A stretch of DNA of 62,942 nucleotides, the filler included, from Octopus bimaculoides (Eukaryota), in assembly GCF_001194135.2 (NCBI RefSeq). It is 6 parts of 6 records of this genome, joined end to end, with 100 filler letters (N's around TTAATTAATTAA, not from the genome) between each part and the next. Parts side by side here need not be neighbours in the genome. Positions count along the whole stretch, not along the records: positions 49,199 to 53,207 come from NC_068994.1; positions 53,308 to 55,359 come from NC_069005.1; positions 55,460 to 57,553 come from NC_069009.1; positions 57,654 to 62,942 come from NC_068983.1; 2 more parts are not named here. The stretch is one strand, 5' to 3'. The position numbers and the translations under genes are program-made. Every line of letters starts with the position of its first letter. Position 1 is the stretch's first letter. Shown piece by piece: positions 51,520 to 62,942 of this stretch. The notes below the pieces were generated by a model, which worked only from the letters and a program-made list of their open reading frames with translations, was not told the DNA's origin and did not search any database.

Positions 51520-52939
51520 TATTTGTATGCTACCAGTAATGGTGCCATTAGAAGTCGTTCAAACTATATAGAAATAGCACCAAAAACCTCCTCCAATTGC
51601 GATCTAAAGTCATAAACGAAAAATATGTTAGATGTGTTTTATNNNNNNNNNNNNNNNNNNNNNNNNNNNNNNNNNNNNNNNNNNNNNNNNNNNNNNNNNN
51701 NNNNNNNNNNNNNNNNNNNNNNNNNNNNNNNNNNNNNNNNNNNNNNNNNNNNNNNNNNNNNNNNNNNNNNNNNNNNNNNNNNNNNNNNNNNNNNNNNNNN
51801 NNNNNNNNNNNNNNNNNNNNNNNNNNNNNNNNNNNNNNNNNNNNNNNNNNNNNNNNNNNNNNNNNNNNNNNNNNNNNNNNNNNNNNNNNNNNNNNNNNNN
51901 NNNNNNNNNNNNATATATATATATATATACACAAGTAAATATACATACGTGAAGTTGCGTGGCCAAGAGTTTAGGATGTTGTACACAGGAACGCAATCTG
52001 GGGTATCGACTCCCATACCGGCGTCGTGGTAGATTAGTCACGAAGTGGTTAAAACTTTATCGCGCAGGACATCAAATGAATGACATAGAAGTACTGGTGG
52101 TTGAGTTGGCTTCTGGCTGCGTATAAATGATGCCCAATAATCGAGAATAGCTAACATAAATTTTATTCACCGCACAAAACATTTTCCATGTTGGTCTAGA
52201 ATTAATGAATACAACAACAACGCATACACACTGGAAAAGACAATTCTATAGTTATGACAAAATAGTTGGTTAAAATAGCTTTGTGAATACGCTGTCAGGA
52301 CTGTACATAAATCATGCGAAATTCATGATTGCAATACCGTAGCAGCTGTCTGCTCGGTTGAATAGGTTGTTAAAACTACTGTTAAATGCTGAGAAATGAG
52401 AATATTGTTTTCATTAGAGTATGTGTTTTTTCACTCTGAAATTTGGCGCCCAAGACTCGTCTGTTTATAAGCCATGTTAGGTGTTCTAGAAAGTTCATGA
52501 TGGCTTAATGCCGATTGGTCAGTTAATCGGCGGGTCATGTAAAATGGCTGTTACTAAGCTATGGCTTCTATTTGACATTTTGTCGATTAGGTTTCGAATC
52601 TACTACAGGTTCTTTAGTAAAGCATTACATTTTTAATGACTCCAGTCCACACAGCCGTAAAAAGGTAACCCTGCAATAGACAGGCGTTCCGTTTAGAGGA
52701 ATGTTGCCCTGTTCACTTTGGCAGTAAGGTGGCATCCTGCGAAAGTTACAAGAATTCTGCCAAGTGCATTCTCTCAGGCGGTATATAACACTACTCGATA
52801 GCATATACAATGCAGAGATATACATACATGTACATATGTACATATATATATATATATATGAAAGAAGGTTTGAAAATGCACTTATTTTAAAGATATTTAT
52901 TTACTTAACCGGTTTCACTTTTTTAGAAAAAGATTATCA

Positions 52940-53207
52940 AAAGTCTTTGAGAATAATAGAAAATGTTAAAAATCAGTTTGAGTATTAAAATGCATATATA
53001 CATTCTTTGATGATAATAAGAGGAATATATTTAAAGTATAAAGCTTTGTATGAGCTTTGTAGTGTTACATACTGATTATCACACATTCTCTGATAATAAG
53101 ATGAAAATGTTAAAAACAGTGTAAGTATGAAAATACATATATGGAAAAATACATATACATATTCTTTGATAATAATAGAAAATGTTAGAAACAGTTTAAG
53201 TATCAAA
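52940..53207. repeat. AT-rich minisatellite of about 60 bp, 3-4 degenerate copies running into a gap
   Basis: Recurrent TTCTTTGATAATAATAGAAAATGTTA.AAACAGTTT.AGTAT.AAAAT.CATAT. Confidence 0.65.
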
Positions 53208-54204
53208 NNNNNNNNNNNNNNNNNNNNNNNNNNNNNNNNNNNNNNNNNNNNTTAATTAATTAANNNNNNNNNNNNNNNNNNNNNNNNNNNNNNNNNNNNN
53301 NNNNNNNATATGTATGTATGTATGTATGTATGTACGTATGTATGTATGTATGTATGTATGTATGTATGTACGTATGTACGTTTGTATGTATGAATGCATG
53401 TATGTATGTATTGTGTGTGCGTGTATGTATGCATGTATGTATGTTAGTATGTATGTTTGTGTGTATGTATGTATATATGCATGTATGTCTGTGTGCGTGT
53501 ATGTATGTATGTATGTAAGTATATGTGCAGATTTGTATGTTTTGCTTTATGTATGTATTCTCATGCATATAATTACATATCGAGACACACTCATATATGT
53601 ACGTACGTACGTATGTACGTACGTACGTATGTACGTACGTACGTATGTACATACGTATGTATAGATATCTATGTATAAATGTATGAATATACGCATGTTC
53701 GTATGTCCGTACGTACGTACGTATGTATGTATAGACATCTATGTACGAACGTATGCATGTATGCATGCGTTCATGTATGCATGCGTTCATGTATGCATGC
53801 GTTCATGTATGCTTGTACATATGCGTGTATATGTAGTTCTGGATGTCTGAGATTAGCCATTTCTTTTCTATGTGAACATCTAAACGACGTTTCGATTTCC
53901 AATACCATCGATGTAGACTAGATTTGATGTAACACCTTTCCTTTTCCTAAATGAAATTTGCTTCTAAATTAAGACGAATAACATTCTTGTCCCCTAAGTC
54001 TATATAACGCATGCGCAATTGATATTGCGTTTCTTCCGTTACACTTAGTATGCCCGAAAGAAAGAAAAAGAAAGAAGACGGCTTGGTCATTGTCAGACTG
54101 CCTTTGATCGTAGCTCTTCTTGTCTGCTGCGTCAAGTTGACCATGGGCTAAACAAGGAAAACTACTTCCATCGCCACAACAATGGCTCTACTCTGAAGCG
54201 CCAC

Positions 54205-54303
54205 TAACACCACCACCACCACCATCATTACGACAATGTCCACGTTGTTATCCACCACCTACTACTAATACTACAACTTCTACCAATACTACTCCTATTA
54301 CCA

Positions 54304-54347
<44 letters not shown>

Positions 54348-54452
54348 GTTGCTGTTACAAATAATACTACTACTATACAGCAAAAACAGCTACTACTACT
54401 ACTACAACAACTACTACTACTACAACTACAATAAATACTACTGCTACTACTG

Positions 54453-54523
<71 letters not shown>

Positions 54524-54570
54524 ACTACAACAATTACTACTGCTATTACTGCTACTACTACTACTCCCCT
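54205..54570. repeat. (TAC)n/(TGC)n/(CAC)n trinucleotide tract
   Basis: Direct reading; source of the poly-Y, poly-S and poly-V ORFs. Confidence 0.9.
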
Positions 54571-55459
54571 GACAACACAATTCAACCATGAAACCTTCAG
54601 TTATCCTCTGTTTGTCCCAGTGTATATTCGACTCATTAATTCATTCCATACAATTAACTAATCCACTTCTGATTGGTTAATTAGGCCTTAATTTGCATTA
54701 TACACAGGTCTTAACATCCTCTATTTGATAATTTAGCCAGACACCCATTAGTGTACTTTATTTTTTCCAATCCAAGAGAAGTNNNNNNNNNNNNNNNNNN
54801 NNNNNNNNNNNNNNNNNNNNNNNNNNNNNNNNNNNNNNNNNNNNNNNNNNNNNNNNNNNNNNNNNNNNNNNNNNNNNNNNNNNNNNNNNNNNNNNNNNNN
54901 NNNNNNNNNNNNNNNNNNNNNNNNNNNNNNNNNNNNNNNNNNNNNNNNNNNNNNNNNNNNNNNNNNNNNNNNNNNNNNNNNNNNNNNNNNNNNNNNNNNN
55001 NNNNNCAGCGGCAGCGGCAGCGGCAGCGGCAGCGGCGGCGGCGGCGGCAGCGTCGTAGTGTCATCATCATCGTTGTCGTCGTCGTCATCATCATAATCAT
55101 CACCACCATCATCACCGCCACTGCTATCATCACTCCCACCACTACCACTCTCATCATGACCATCACCACCACCATCATCACAATCGTTATCATTACCGCA
55201 ACAACAGCCACCCACACCACTACAAGATTCTCATCAATAATATCATGTTTTCATCCACCTTTTATTTCTTGTATGCCTCGATATAATCAACTATTTACTT
55301 ATTAATTTATCGGTCTGCATGTCTACCATCTATCTAGCTATCCATCTATATATATATATNNNNNNNNNNNNNNNNNNNNNNNNNNNNNNNNNNNNNNNNN
55401 NNNTTAATTAATTAANNNNNNNNNNNNNNNNNNNNNNNNNNNNNNNNNNNNNNNNNNNN

Positions 55460-55497
<38 letters not shown>

Positions 55498-55802
55498 GCA
55501 CACACATATATGCATATACATACATATACATGTGTTGTGTGTCTGGTGTATTTGTGTACATACATCCCCTAACAGCACTAGTTTGACCCTAATTGTCTAT
55601 GATAACCCAATTAATAAACTATTTGTTATTGGATCCTTTCTCTTTTATTCTTCCTTTCATTCCAGCTAAACTACCATATTTGGTGAATAGCACCGACCTC
55701 TGACCTTTCGGTTGTGAAATCTCTTTTGCGCCCTCACAACTAAATCTTTTACTTATGTCTTTGGGTTAGTTTCTTGTCTCTGTGAGGGTCTGGAATTTGG
55801 TG

Positions 55803-55845
<43 letters not shown>

Positions 55846-55982
55846 ATAAATATACACATATATACATACGTGCACATATATATATGTGTGTGTGTGTGAA
55901 TATATGTATGTATATACTTACACATATATATTTATGTATACATATGTGCATGTATATATATATGTGTATACATGAGCATGTG

Positions 55983-56036
<54 letters not shown>

Positions 56037-56510
56037 TGTGTGGTAAGAAGCTTGCTTCCCAACCACATGGTTCTGGGTTCAGTCCCACTGCATGGCACCA
56101 TAGGCAAATGTCTTCTATTATAGCCCCAGGCTGACCAAAGCCTTGTGAGTGGATTTGGTAGACAGAAACTGAAAGAAGCCCATCGCATATGTGTGTGTAT
56201 GTCTTTGTGTCTGTGTGTATCGCTTCATCAGTGCTTCACAACCGGTGTTGGCGTGTTTACATCCCTGTAACTTAGTAGTTCAGCAAAAGACACTGATAGA
56301 ATAAGTACTAGGCTTACAAAGTCCTGGGGTCGATTTCTTTGACGAAAAAAACCCTTGAAGGTGGTTCTCCATCATGGCCACAGTCAAATGACTGAAACGA
56401 GTAACAGAATGAACGAATAAAAAGAATTGATTCATTCAACTAAAATGCTTCGTGGCATTGCCCCAGCATGGCCGCAGTCTAATGACTAAAACAAATAAAA
56501 GATGAAAGAT
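56037..56510 (+). mobile_element. SINE family B, near full length (about 370 bp) plus a second tandem 3' tail (about 56440-56510)
   Basis: tRNA-like head with GGGTTCAGTCCC, CORE-like segment, internal (TG)-rich stretch, and 3' stem-loop CAGTC-AAAT-GACTG. The second tail reads CAGCATGGCCGCAGTCTAATGACT. Confidence 0.85.
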
Positions 56511-56571
56511 ATCTACGTACATTTATCTATCTATCTTTGTTGATATGTTGCTACTTTACTTATTTTCTCAG

Positions 56572-56690
56572 GCCCTGGAAGCTATGACATCAAGTCAAAC
56601 ATAAGTCTATCCCAGAAGCAATCTTTGGCAAAGTCTGAACGTTTCCAGCCTGTAAGCATTAATGATGTACCTGGCCCAGGTGCATATGAG
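56572..56690 (+). CDS. Internal exon of a sperm-tail PG-rich repeat (SHIPPO-repeat; STPG/ODF3-like) protein, (G)PGSYDIKSNISLSQKQSLAKSERFQPVSINDVPGPGAYE
   Basis: Acceptor tactttacttattttctcag and donor GAG|GTAAGT; 119 nt, phase 1 to 0, open. It has two PGPGxY-type motifs separated by an S..KS.RF motif, the typical SHIPPO repeat pattern. The paralogue cannot be assigned. Confidence 0.85.
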
Positions 56691-57124
56691 GTAAGTGTTT
56701 TATCGATCTGTTATTAAACTGTGTAACATTCTTTTTGTCCTGGGGTAGGAATTGTTATTTCCTGTTTGCTTACTCCTAGAAAGTATGGTAAAATGGTTAA
56801 TATTTCCTTCAGACTTTGCTTTCCTCAAATTTGTCTCCACTTGGAACAGCTAGAAGTGAACTGAGCTTTTGATCTTACAATCCCTGTATTTATACTGCCA
56901 TCTATGTTGCAAGAATGCTCTAGAAATTCTTGAAACTTTTAGAAACTTTGAGAAACTTCTTCAGCAACTCATCACTGAATTTGTGTGAAATGTAATGGAA
57001 AATAGGTGAGTTTCAAAACATTGATGTCTGGGTTACAAATGCAAAGTTTGAAGGGAATAGTAGTCATTTCCTTCGATTTCTAGATATGAGAAGCAAAGAG
57101 GAAATAACCAGCTGTAGAAACTCT

Positions 57125-57240
57125 GCCAAATTAGATTGGAGCCTAGTGCAACCATCCGGTTTCACCAGTCCTCAGTCAAATCGTCCAACCCATGCTAGCA
57201 TGGAAAGCGGACGTTAAACGATGATGATGATGATGATGAC
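57125..57240 (+). mobile_element. 3' terminus of a retroposon with a (GAT)n tail (RTE-type tail, inferred)
   Basis: ATCGTCCAACCCATGCTAGCATGGAAAGCGGACGTTAAACGATGATGATG: hairpin CCATGCT/AGCATGG followed by a trinucleotide tail. Confidence 0.6.
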
Positions 57241-58324
57241 CAAAGACATAATTAAAATTTTGTTGTACATTGTTATCAGACATTTTCCGTAACTGTTGTC
57301 ATTTTTGATAGTGATACTTGGGCGGGGATAGCAGTTTTTTTCTTTCCAGGATCTGTTGCTGTTCTTACTAGTTACTTTATTAGTAACTTTCGAGATTTAC
57401 TGTAACAATTTTTTAGAAGTTGCTGTTTTTCCATATCAATTTTCTATAAGAGTTTCAAAGTAATTGTTGTTGGTTTTGTTCATTTTCAAATTTTGCATAA
57501 TTGTTTTTAGGAAATTGTTCTTGTTTTACCATATATCCACCTCTAATTTTGTANNNNNNNNNNNNNNNNNNNNNNNNNNNNNNNNNNNNNNNNNNNNTTA
57601 ATTAATTAANNNNNNNNNNNNNNNNNNNNNNNNNNNNNNNNNNNNNNNNNNNNATATATATATATATATATATAAATATATATGTATATATGGATATATA
57701 CACACATACATATATGTATATATATATACATATATACATACACACATATGTATATATATAGAGAGACATACGTACATACATATGTATAATGTATTATATG
57801 TATATATATATATAATATATATATATATATATGTATGTATATATATAAGTATATATGTGTGTACATAAAAATATATGCATTTATAGAAACATGGGTGTAT
57901 ACGTCCATATATAGAAGCATGTGTACGAATGAATGTAGGTGTATGCGTTTATATGTGTGTGTATGTGTGTGTGTGTATCACTGTGTTCGTGTGTGTAATG
58001 TGTGTATGTGTACACGTCATGCTGTCCTCATCCGTCGATCGTTTTCGCTTTACCTTCTCCCTTACTTTGATCTCACCGCAACTAATTAAAAGCCGGGTCG
58101 TGACCAAAAAGGAGATTCGCGTATCTAACTGATAAACCTGTCTCCATCAGAGCAAGGGAACCAAGCGGAACATAAGATTAATAATAAGAAAGAAAAGGAG
58201 GTAGAAATAACCCCAGGATGTTTTGTATTGTATTAATGTCTCATCAGTACTTGTGGTGTTCTTTTAGAAACAGAAAAAAAAAAAAAGATTACCGCAACGN
58301 NNNNNNNNNNNNNNNNNNNNNNNN

Positions 58325-58385
58325 NCCCCATTCCATCCCGACCCGACGCCACTCTGGCAACGACTCCACCAATTGCCACCTTCAC

Positions 58386-58416
<31 letters not shown>

Positions 58417-58647
58417 ATATTACCGCTACCACGACCCGCCACCACCACTACCGGCAACGTCACCACGTTACCGACGTCGCCGTCATCAGAATAACCTTCT
58501 ACTCTTACTTCACCTCATTATCATCCCCAACACGACTACCTATATCACCACCATCATCATCGCCATCATCACAATCATCATCGTCATCATCATCACAATC
58601 ATCATCATCATCATCATCATCACCATCACCACCACCATCACCATCAC

Positions 58648-58697
<50 letters not shown>

Positions 58698-59035
58698 CCA
58701 TCATCACCACCACTACCGTGACCACCATCGGCACCAATACCTCATCACTAATATTATCCTCGTTCGCGTCGCTATCGCCTCCCTCCACCGCCACCACCGC
58801 CACCACCCCCATCAGCATCGTCGACGTCGTCGTCGTCGTCGTCATAATCATCACCAAACCACCATCACATCCCATCATTAACACTGTCCTCTCCCTCATC
58901 AACATCATCCTTCATCAACACCAACCCATTCTCCTCTTCCTCCTCTTCCTCCTACTCCTCCTATTCCTGCTCCCCTGCTCCCCTGCTCCTGCTCCTCCTA
59001 CCCCTTATCATCATCATCATCATCAACCCTCCCCC
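58325..59035. repeat. (CCG)n/(CAT)n/(CAC)n/(CCT)n low-complexity tract
   Basis: Direct reading. Confidence 0.9.
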
Positions 59036-59114
59036 TTCATTCTAACCAAAACAAGGACCCATCAAATCATGTGGTCTGCGAAACGCAACTAAGGCCGTGG
59101 GGTTAAAAAAAATA

Positions 59115-59260
59115 TGTTCACATCATAATCTCGATGTTCCTTCTGGTTTCGATTCCACGTCGTGGCACCTTGGCTATGTGCATCCTAGCATAACCTCGAG
59201 CCAACTCCAGCCCGGTGAGGAAAGCTGGGTGGATGAAAACTGTGCTGAAACCCGTAACGT
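59115..59260 (+). mobile_element. Old SINE family B copy
   Basis: GGTTTCGATTCCACGTCGTGGCACCTTGG...GGATGAAAACTGTGCTGAAACCCG. Confidence 0.6.
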
Positions 59261-59482
59261 TGACAGAACTGCTACAGCAGTCAACCGTTTGTAGGCATTA
59301 ATACAATAACTTGCGTCATTATATAATTGTGAACAATAATCGCATGTCATAGTATATTACGAGTTGACAATGAGTGGGGTCAACGTATTGCAATGTGTAT
59401 TCAAAACAATGGTAACCATATAGAGCCTGTTAAATAAATAAAAAAAAAGATTGTTCCTACGTATGGTGACTTTTGAATCACC

Positions 59483-59514
<32 letters not shown>

Positions 59515-60325
59515 NNNNNNNNNNNNNNNNNNNNNNNNNNNNNNNNNNNNNNNNNNNNNNNNNNNNNNNNNNNNNNNNNNNNNNNNNNNNNNNNNNNNNN
59601 NNNNNNNNNNNNNNNNNNNNNNNNNNNNNNNNNNNNNNNNNNNNNNNNNNNNNNNNNNNNNNNNNNNNNNNNNNNNNNNNNNNNNNNNNNNNNNNNNNNN
59701 NNNNNNNNNNNNNNNNNNNNNNNNNNNNNNNNNNNNNNNNNNNNNNNNNNNNNNNNNNNNNNNNNNNNNNNNNNNNNNNNNNNNNNNNNNNNNNNNNNNN
59801 NNNNNNNNNNNNNNNNNNNNNNNNNNNNNNNNNNNNNNNNNNNNNNNNNNNNNNNNNNNNNNNNNNNNNNNNNNNNNNNNNNNNNNNNNNNNNNNNNNNN
59901 NNNNNNNNNNNNNNNNNNNNNNNNNNNNNNNNNNNNNNNNNNNNNNNNNNNNNNNNNNNNNNNNNNNNNNNNNNNNNNNNNNNNNNNNNNNNNNNNNNNN
60001 NNNNNNNNNNNNNNNNNNNNNNNNNNNNNNNNNNNNNNNNNNNNNNNNNNNNNNNNNNNNNNNNNNNNNNNNNNNNNNNNNNNNNNNNNNNNNNNNNNNN
60101 NNNNNNNNNNNNNNNNNNNNNNNNNNNNNNNNNNNNNNNNNNNNNNNNNNNNNNNNNNNNNNNNNNNNNNNNNNNNNNNNNNNNNNNNNNNNNNNNNNNA
60201 TTTTATTTTCGATATTATTGAACCTACGATTAAAACAATTTATACATGCTCGTCAACAACAAGAAAAAGAAAAAAATAACCCTGTACGCTTGTATAATAA
60301 TTATTTCAATTATCAATAAATTATA

Positions 60326-60563
60326 CAGGGTTGGCCAAAAGTTACCCGGCAATAAATAAAAATTCCCTAAATACTTAATATTTAATTCTATTTATTTATT
60401 CCAATTATGAATGTTTAATAATTGAATGCTGTGAGTTAAAATCACCGGTTTTTTTTTCTATTTGTCTATTTATTAGCGAAGTCTCACATAAAATGATTTT
60501 TTGTTTTAATCTTGGAATTAAATGGGTTTTGATTTACGGTCAGGTGACTTTTGGCCAACCCTG
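60326..60563. mobile_element. Complete 238-bp Tc1/mariner-type MITE
   Basis: TIRs CAGGGTTGGCCAAAAGT(T/C)ACC at both ends, with TA on both flanks (60324-25 and 60564-65). Confidence 0.9.
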
Positions 60564-61076
60564 TATAAGCGAGACAGGCTTGGAAGTATGGAACGCTCTT
60601 TTACGAAATGCTTTCGTTGTCCATGTAGATATGAACAGACATTAGTCATCCTTTCGCTCCTGCCCAACTTTTCGAGAGAACTGCATGGTGCATGACACGT
60701 TACCAACACATACTCGTTCGCGAGTGACGGCTGGTTCTTTGTTTTCTGTATACACATACACACACACATTCTTATATACATACATATGAATTGTTTGTAT
60801 ATATGCGTGTATGTATGCATGTATGTATGTCTGTGTATCTGCATGTATATTTGATGTGTGCATATATATTTTGTATGTATGTATCCATGCGTGTATATAT
60901 GAATATATGTACAACCTGTGTATGACATTAAACTGTACCCGGTGGTGAGGGTCCAGTTCTGGGGTTGTGGGGGAGTGTGGAGTCACCCTTTAATTTCCAT
61001 TACTCCCCGATCCGTTCTGATTCAGAATGGTACTACCTGCCAGGGTCCCACCAATGTATTTAAATAGATTTTTCAG

Positions 61077-61322
61077 AGGTAAAGGAGGCTCCCATCATTT
61101 TTGACAAAGCTGCCGGGAAGGCAGCTCTTCTCGGAGAAAGATACTCTGAGCTAAAACTTGCAGTCGGAATAGCATGGAAGCCATTTTGGTTATTCTTGTC
61201 ACTGGAACCTTCTACGGTGGTCGAAAGGGTGGCAAAAGTGTTGCTCAAGCCTTTGTCACTTAAATCCACTGACACACATATGTCTCAGTATTACTTCTTG
61301 ATCCGTTCTATAAAGTCCTATG
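61077..61322 (+). CDS. Candidate symmetric internal exon (246 nt, phase 1 to 1), (E)VKEAPIIFDKAAGKAALLGERYSELKLAVGIAWKPFWLFLSLEPSTVVERVAKVLLKPLSLKSTDTHMSQYYFLIRSIKSY(G)
   Basis: Acceptor tagatttttcag, donor ATG|GTGAGG, open throughout, length divisible by 3. A minus-strand frame (61060-61275) is also open, so the strand is uncertain. Confidence 0.35.
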
Positions 61323-61554
61323 GTGAGGGATGCGTGGCGTGAAAAGTCATATCCGCGCATATGTAAAGTTGAAAGTAAATCAGAGCAATTAGGCTTAATG
61401 TGAAACGGCTATCAGCTGACAAGGTGAGACAATCATCATGTATTTATGAACGGCTGTGTGTATTGATGCATGCATGTTTGTGAGCATATATGTGTATGTA
61501 ATAATGGATTACCAGAACGGGAAACCTCTCTGATGAAGATATATATATTTTTTA

Positions 61555-61633
61555 TCCTGATGAAGAGTCCACTGCCGATTTGGTGTTTCAATGTTTAATG
61601 GATTGCAGCAGTGGCTCTTGAAACGGCCGTAGA
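61555..61633 (+). ncRNA. Degenerate type I hammerhead fold with a long stem II
   Basis: UC [CUGAUGA] AGAG-U-CCACUGC...GCAGUGG-CUCU U [GAAA] CGGCCGU A GA: palindromic ACGGCCGU stem III and GUA triplet, but stem I is only 2 bp. Confidence 0.5.
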
Positions 61634-62227
61634 CATGGATTTATTCTTACATTACTCTGGAGTCCTTTCTCTTTTGGACTTGACAATGGATGCTATCCTG
61701 GATTCACTTTACATTTAATAGTCTAACTGTATTATTTTTAATCGCCTCGCTATATACATTCATATTTTCTTCGTATATATTTTTCTTCCATACACTTTTT
61801 CACAGGTTTTCATACGCTTTCCTTTTATATTAGCAGATATATGTATACTTTTATGCCTTCGGGATTTGTGTGCTAAACACCCCTTATTCTAATATGTATT
61901 TATATTCTACGGTGTGAATATATGGGGGTGTTCTGAAGTTGTTTGACCAATTATGTTGTTTATTTTTAACCACTAAGTTTGTGTATGTATGTGTGTGTGT
62001 GCGTGTATGTATGCATGCATGCATGTATGTATGTATGTATGTATGTATGTATGTATGTATGTATGCATGTATGCATGCATGCATGTATGTATGTATGTAT
62101 GTATGTATGTATGTATGTATGTATGTATGTGTGTGTGTGTGTATGTGTGTGTGTATGTGTGTGCCTGCCTTCCGTGTTTGTATGTTTATGTGTAATGTAC
62201 GTGTCTGCTGTGATTGTATATGTGATG

Positions 62228-62277
<50 letters not shown>

Positions 62278-62882
62278 TGTCTGTATGTACCCGGAAGTGT
62301 GAGTATATATCTAAGTATGCAGGTGCAAGTCTGTGTACGTGTGTGTATGCATACAGATATATGGGTGAATAGTTGTGTGAGTGTATTCGTGTAGGTGTCA
62401 CTCCATGTGAATGTGTTTATTTCTATACATGTGTGTGTGTGTGTATACGCAATCCTCTTGCCATGATTGAAAGTGTTGACGGAAAGAAATGCAATTATCA
62501 ACATGTCTATAATAGCTTTTCACTGAGATAATTACAATAAAATAATGTTTATCGTCAGCGTTGCTAAAAATAAGAGATTGACGTAGATACGATAACATCC
62601 TTTAATGAATCACTAAGCAGACGATAGGTGCAGCAGAAAAACGTCCCAGATTCTACACGGCCATTGACATGGCGCTAACAAAGCTAGATAGATAGCAAAG
62701 GTCTCTTCTTGTAGCTATTGTGTTATTGTTTTCGCTGTCTACTGAGGAAATAAGCTTCCGGTCGGTATATACTGTGTGTTTTTAGTTAGAAGTTTTACGA
62801 AGAATGGTTACTCTAGAGAGTTTTTTGCTGCACCCTGTGGAAAAGGATGTATATATACATACATACATGCACGCACGCACGC

Positions 62883-62942
<60 letters not shown>

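Noticed and set aside
53880-53915. Minus-strand TCGATGG...AATC-GAAA-CGTC as another hammerhead
   Set aside because: The core has several mismatches and stems I and II do not pair convincingly. At best it is an unrecognisably decayed copy.

Overview
This is AT-rich, gap-ridden, microsatellite-dense animal genomic DNA. The repeat families look like those of Octopus (recognition from memory, not a database hit). The window is mostly intronic or intergenic, and nearly all ORFs in the supplied track are microsatellite or N-gap artefacts. It contains: (i) one well-supported host coding exon, a PGPGxY sperm-tail/SHIPPO-repeat exon at 56572-56690 (+), plus a few weaker exon candidates; (ii) decayed non-LTR retrotransposons of four groups (RTE, R4/Dong, CR1/L2 and Penelope-like); (iii) at least four tRNA-derived SINE families and two Tc1/mariner-type MITE families; (iv) a roughly 6.7 kb diverged 47-53 bp tandem array at 32.4-39.1 kb. 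The most interesting signal is RNA-structural. Four unrelated repeat families each carry a minimal type I hammerhead-ribozyme fold of the Penelope-associated kind. One has the catalytic C3-G8 pair swapped to G3-C8 (11633-11683, -). Another forms the 3' tail of a tRNA-headed SINE that has an inverted tail duplication (10499-10975). The folds were read by eye and activity is untested.
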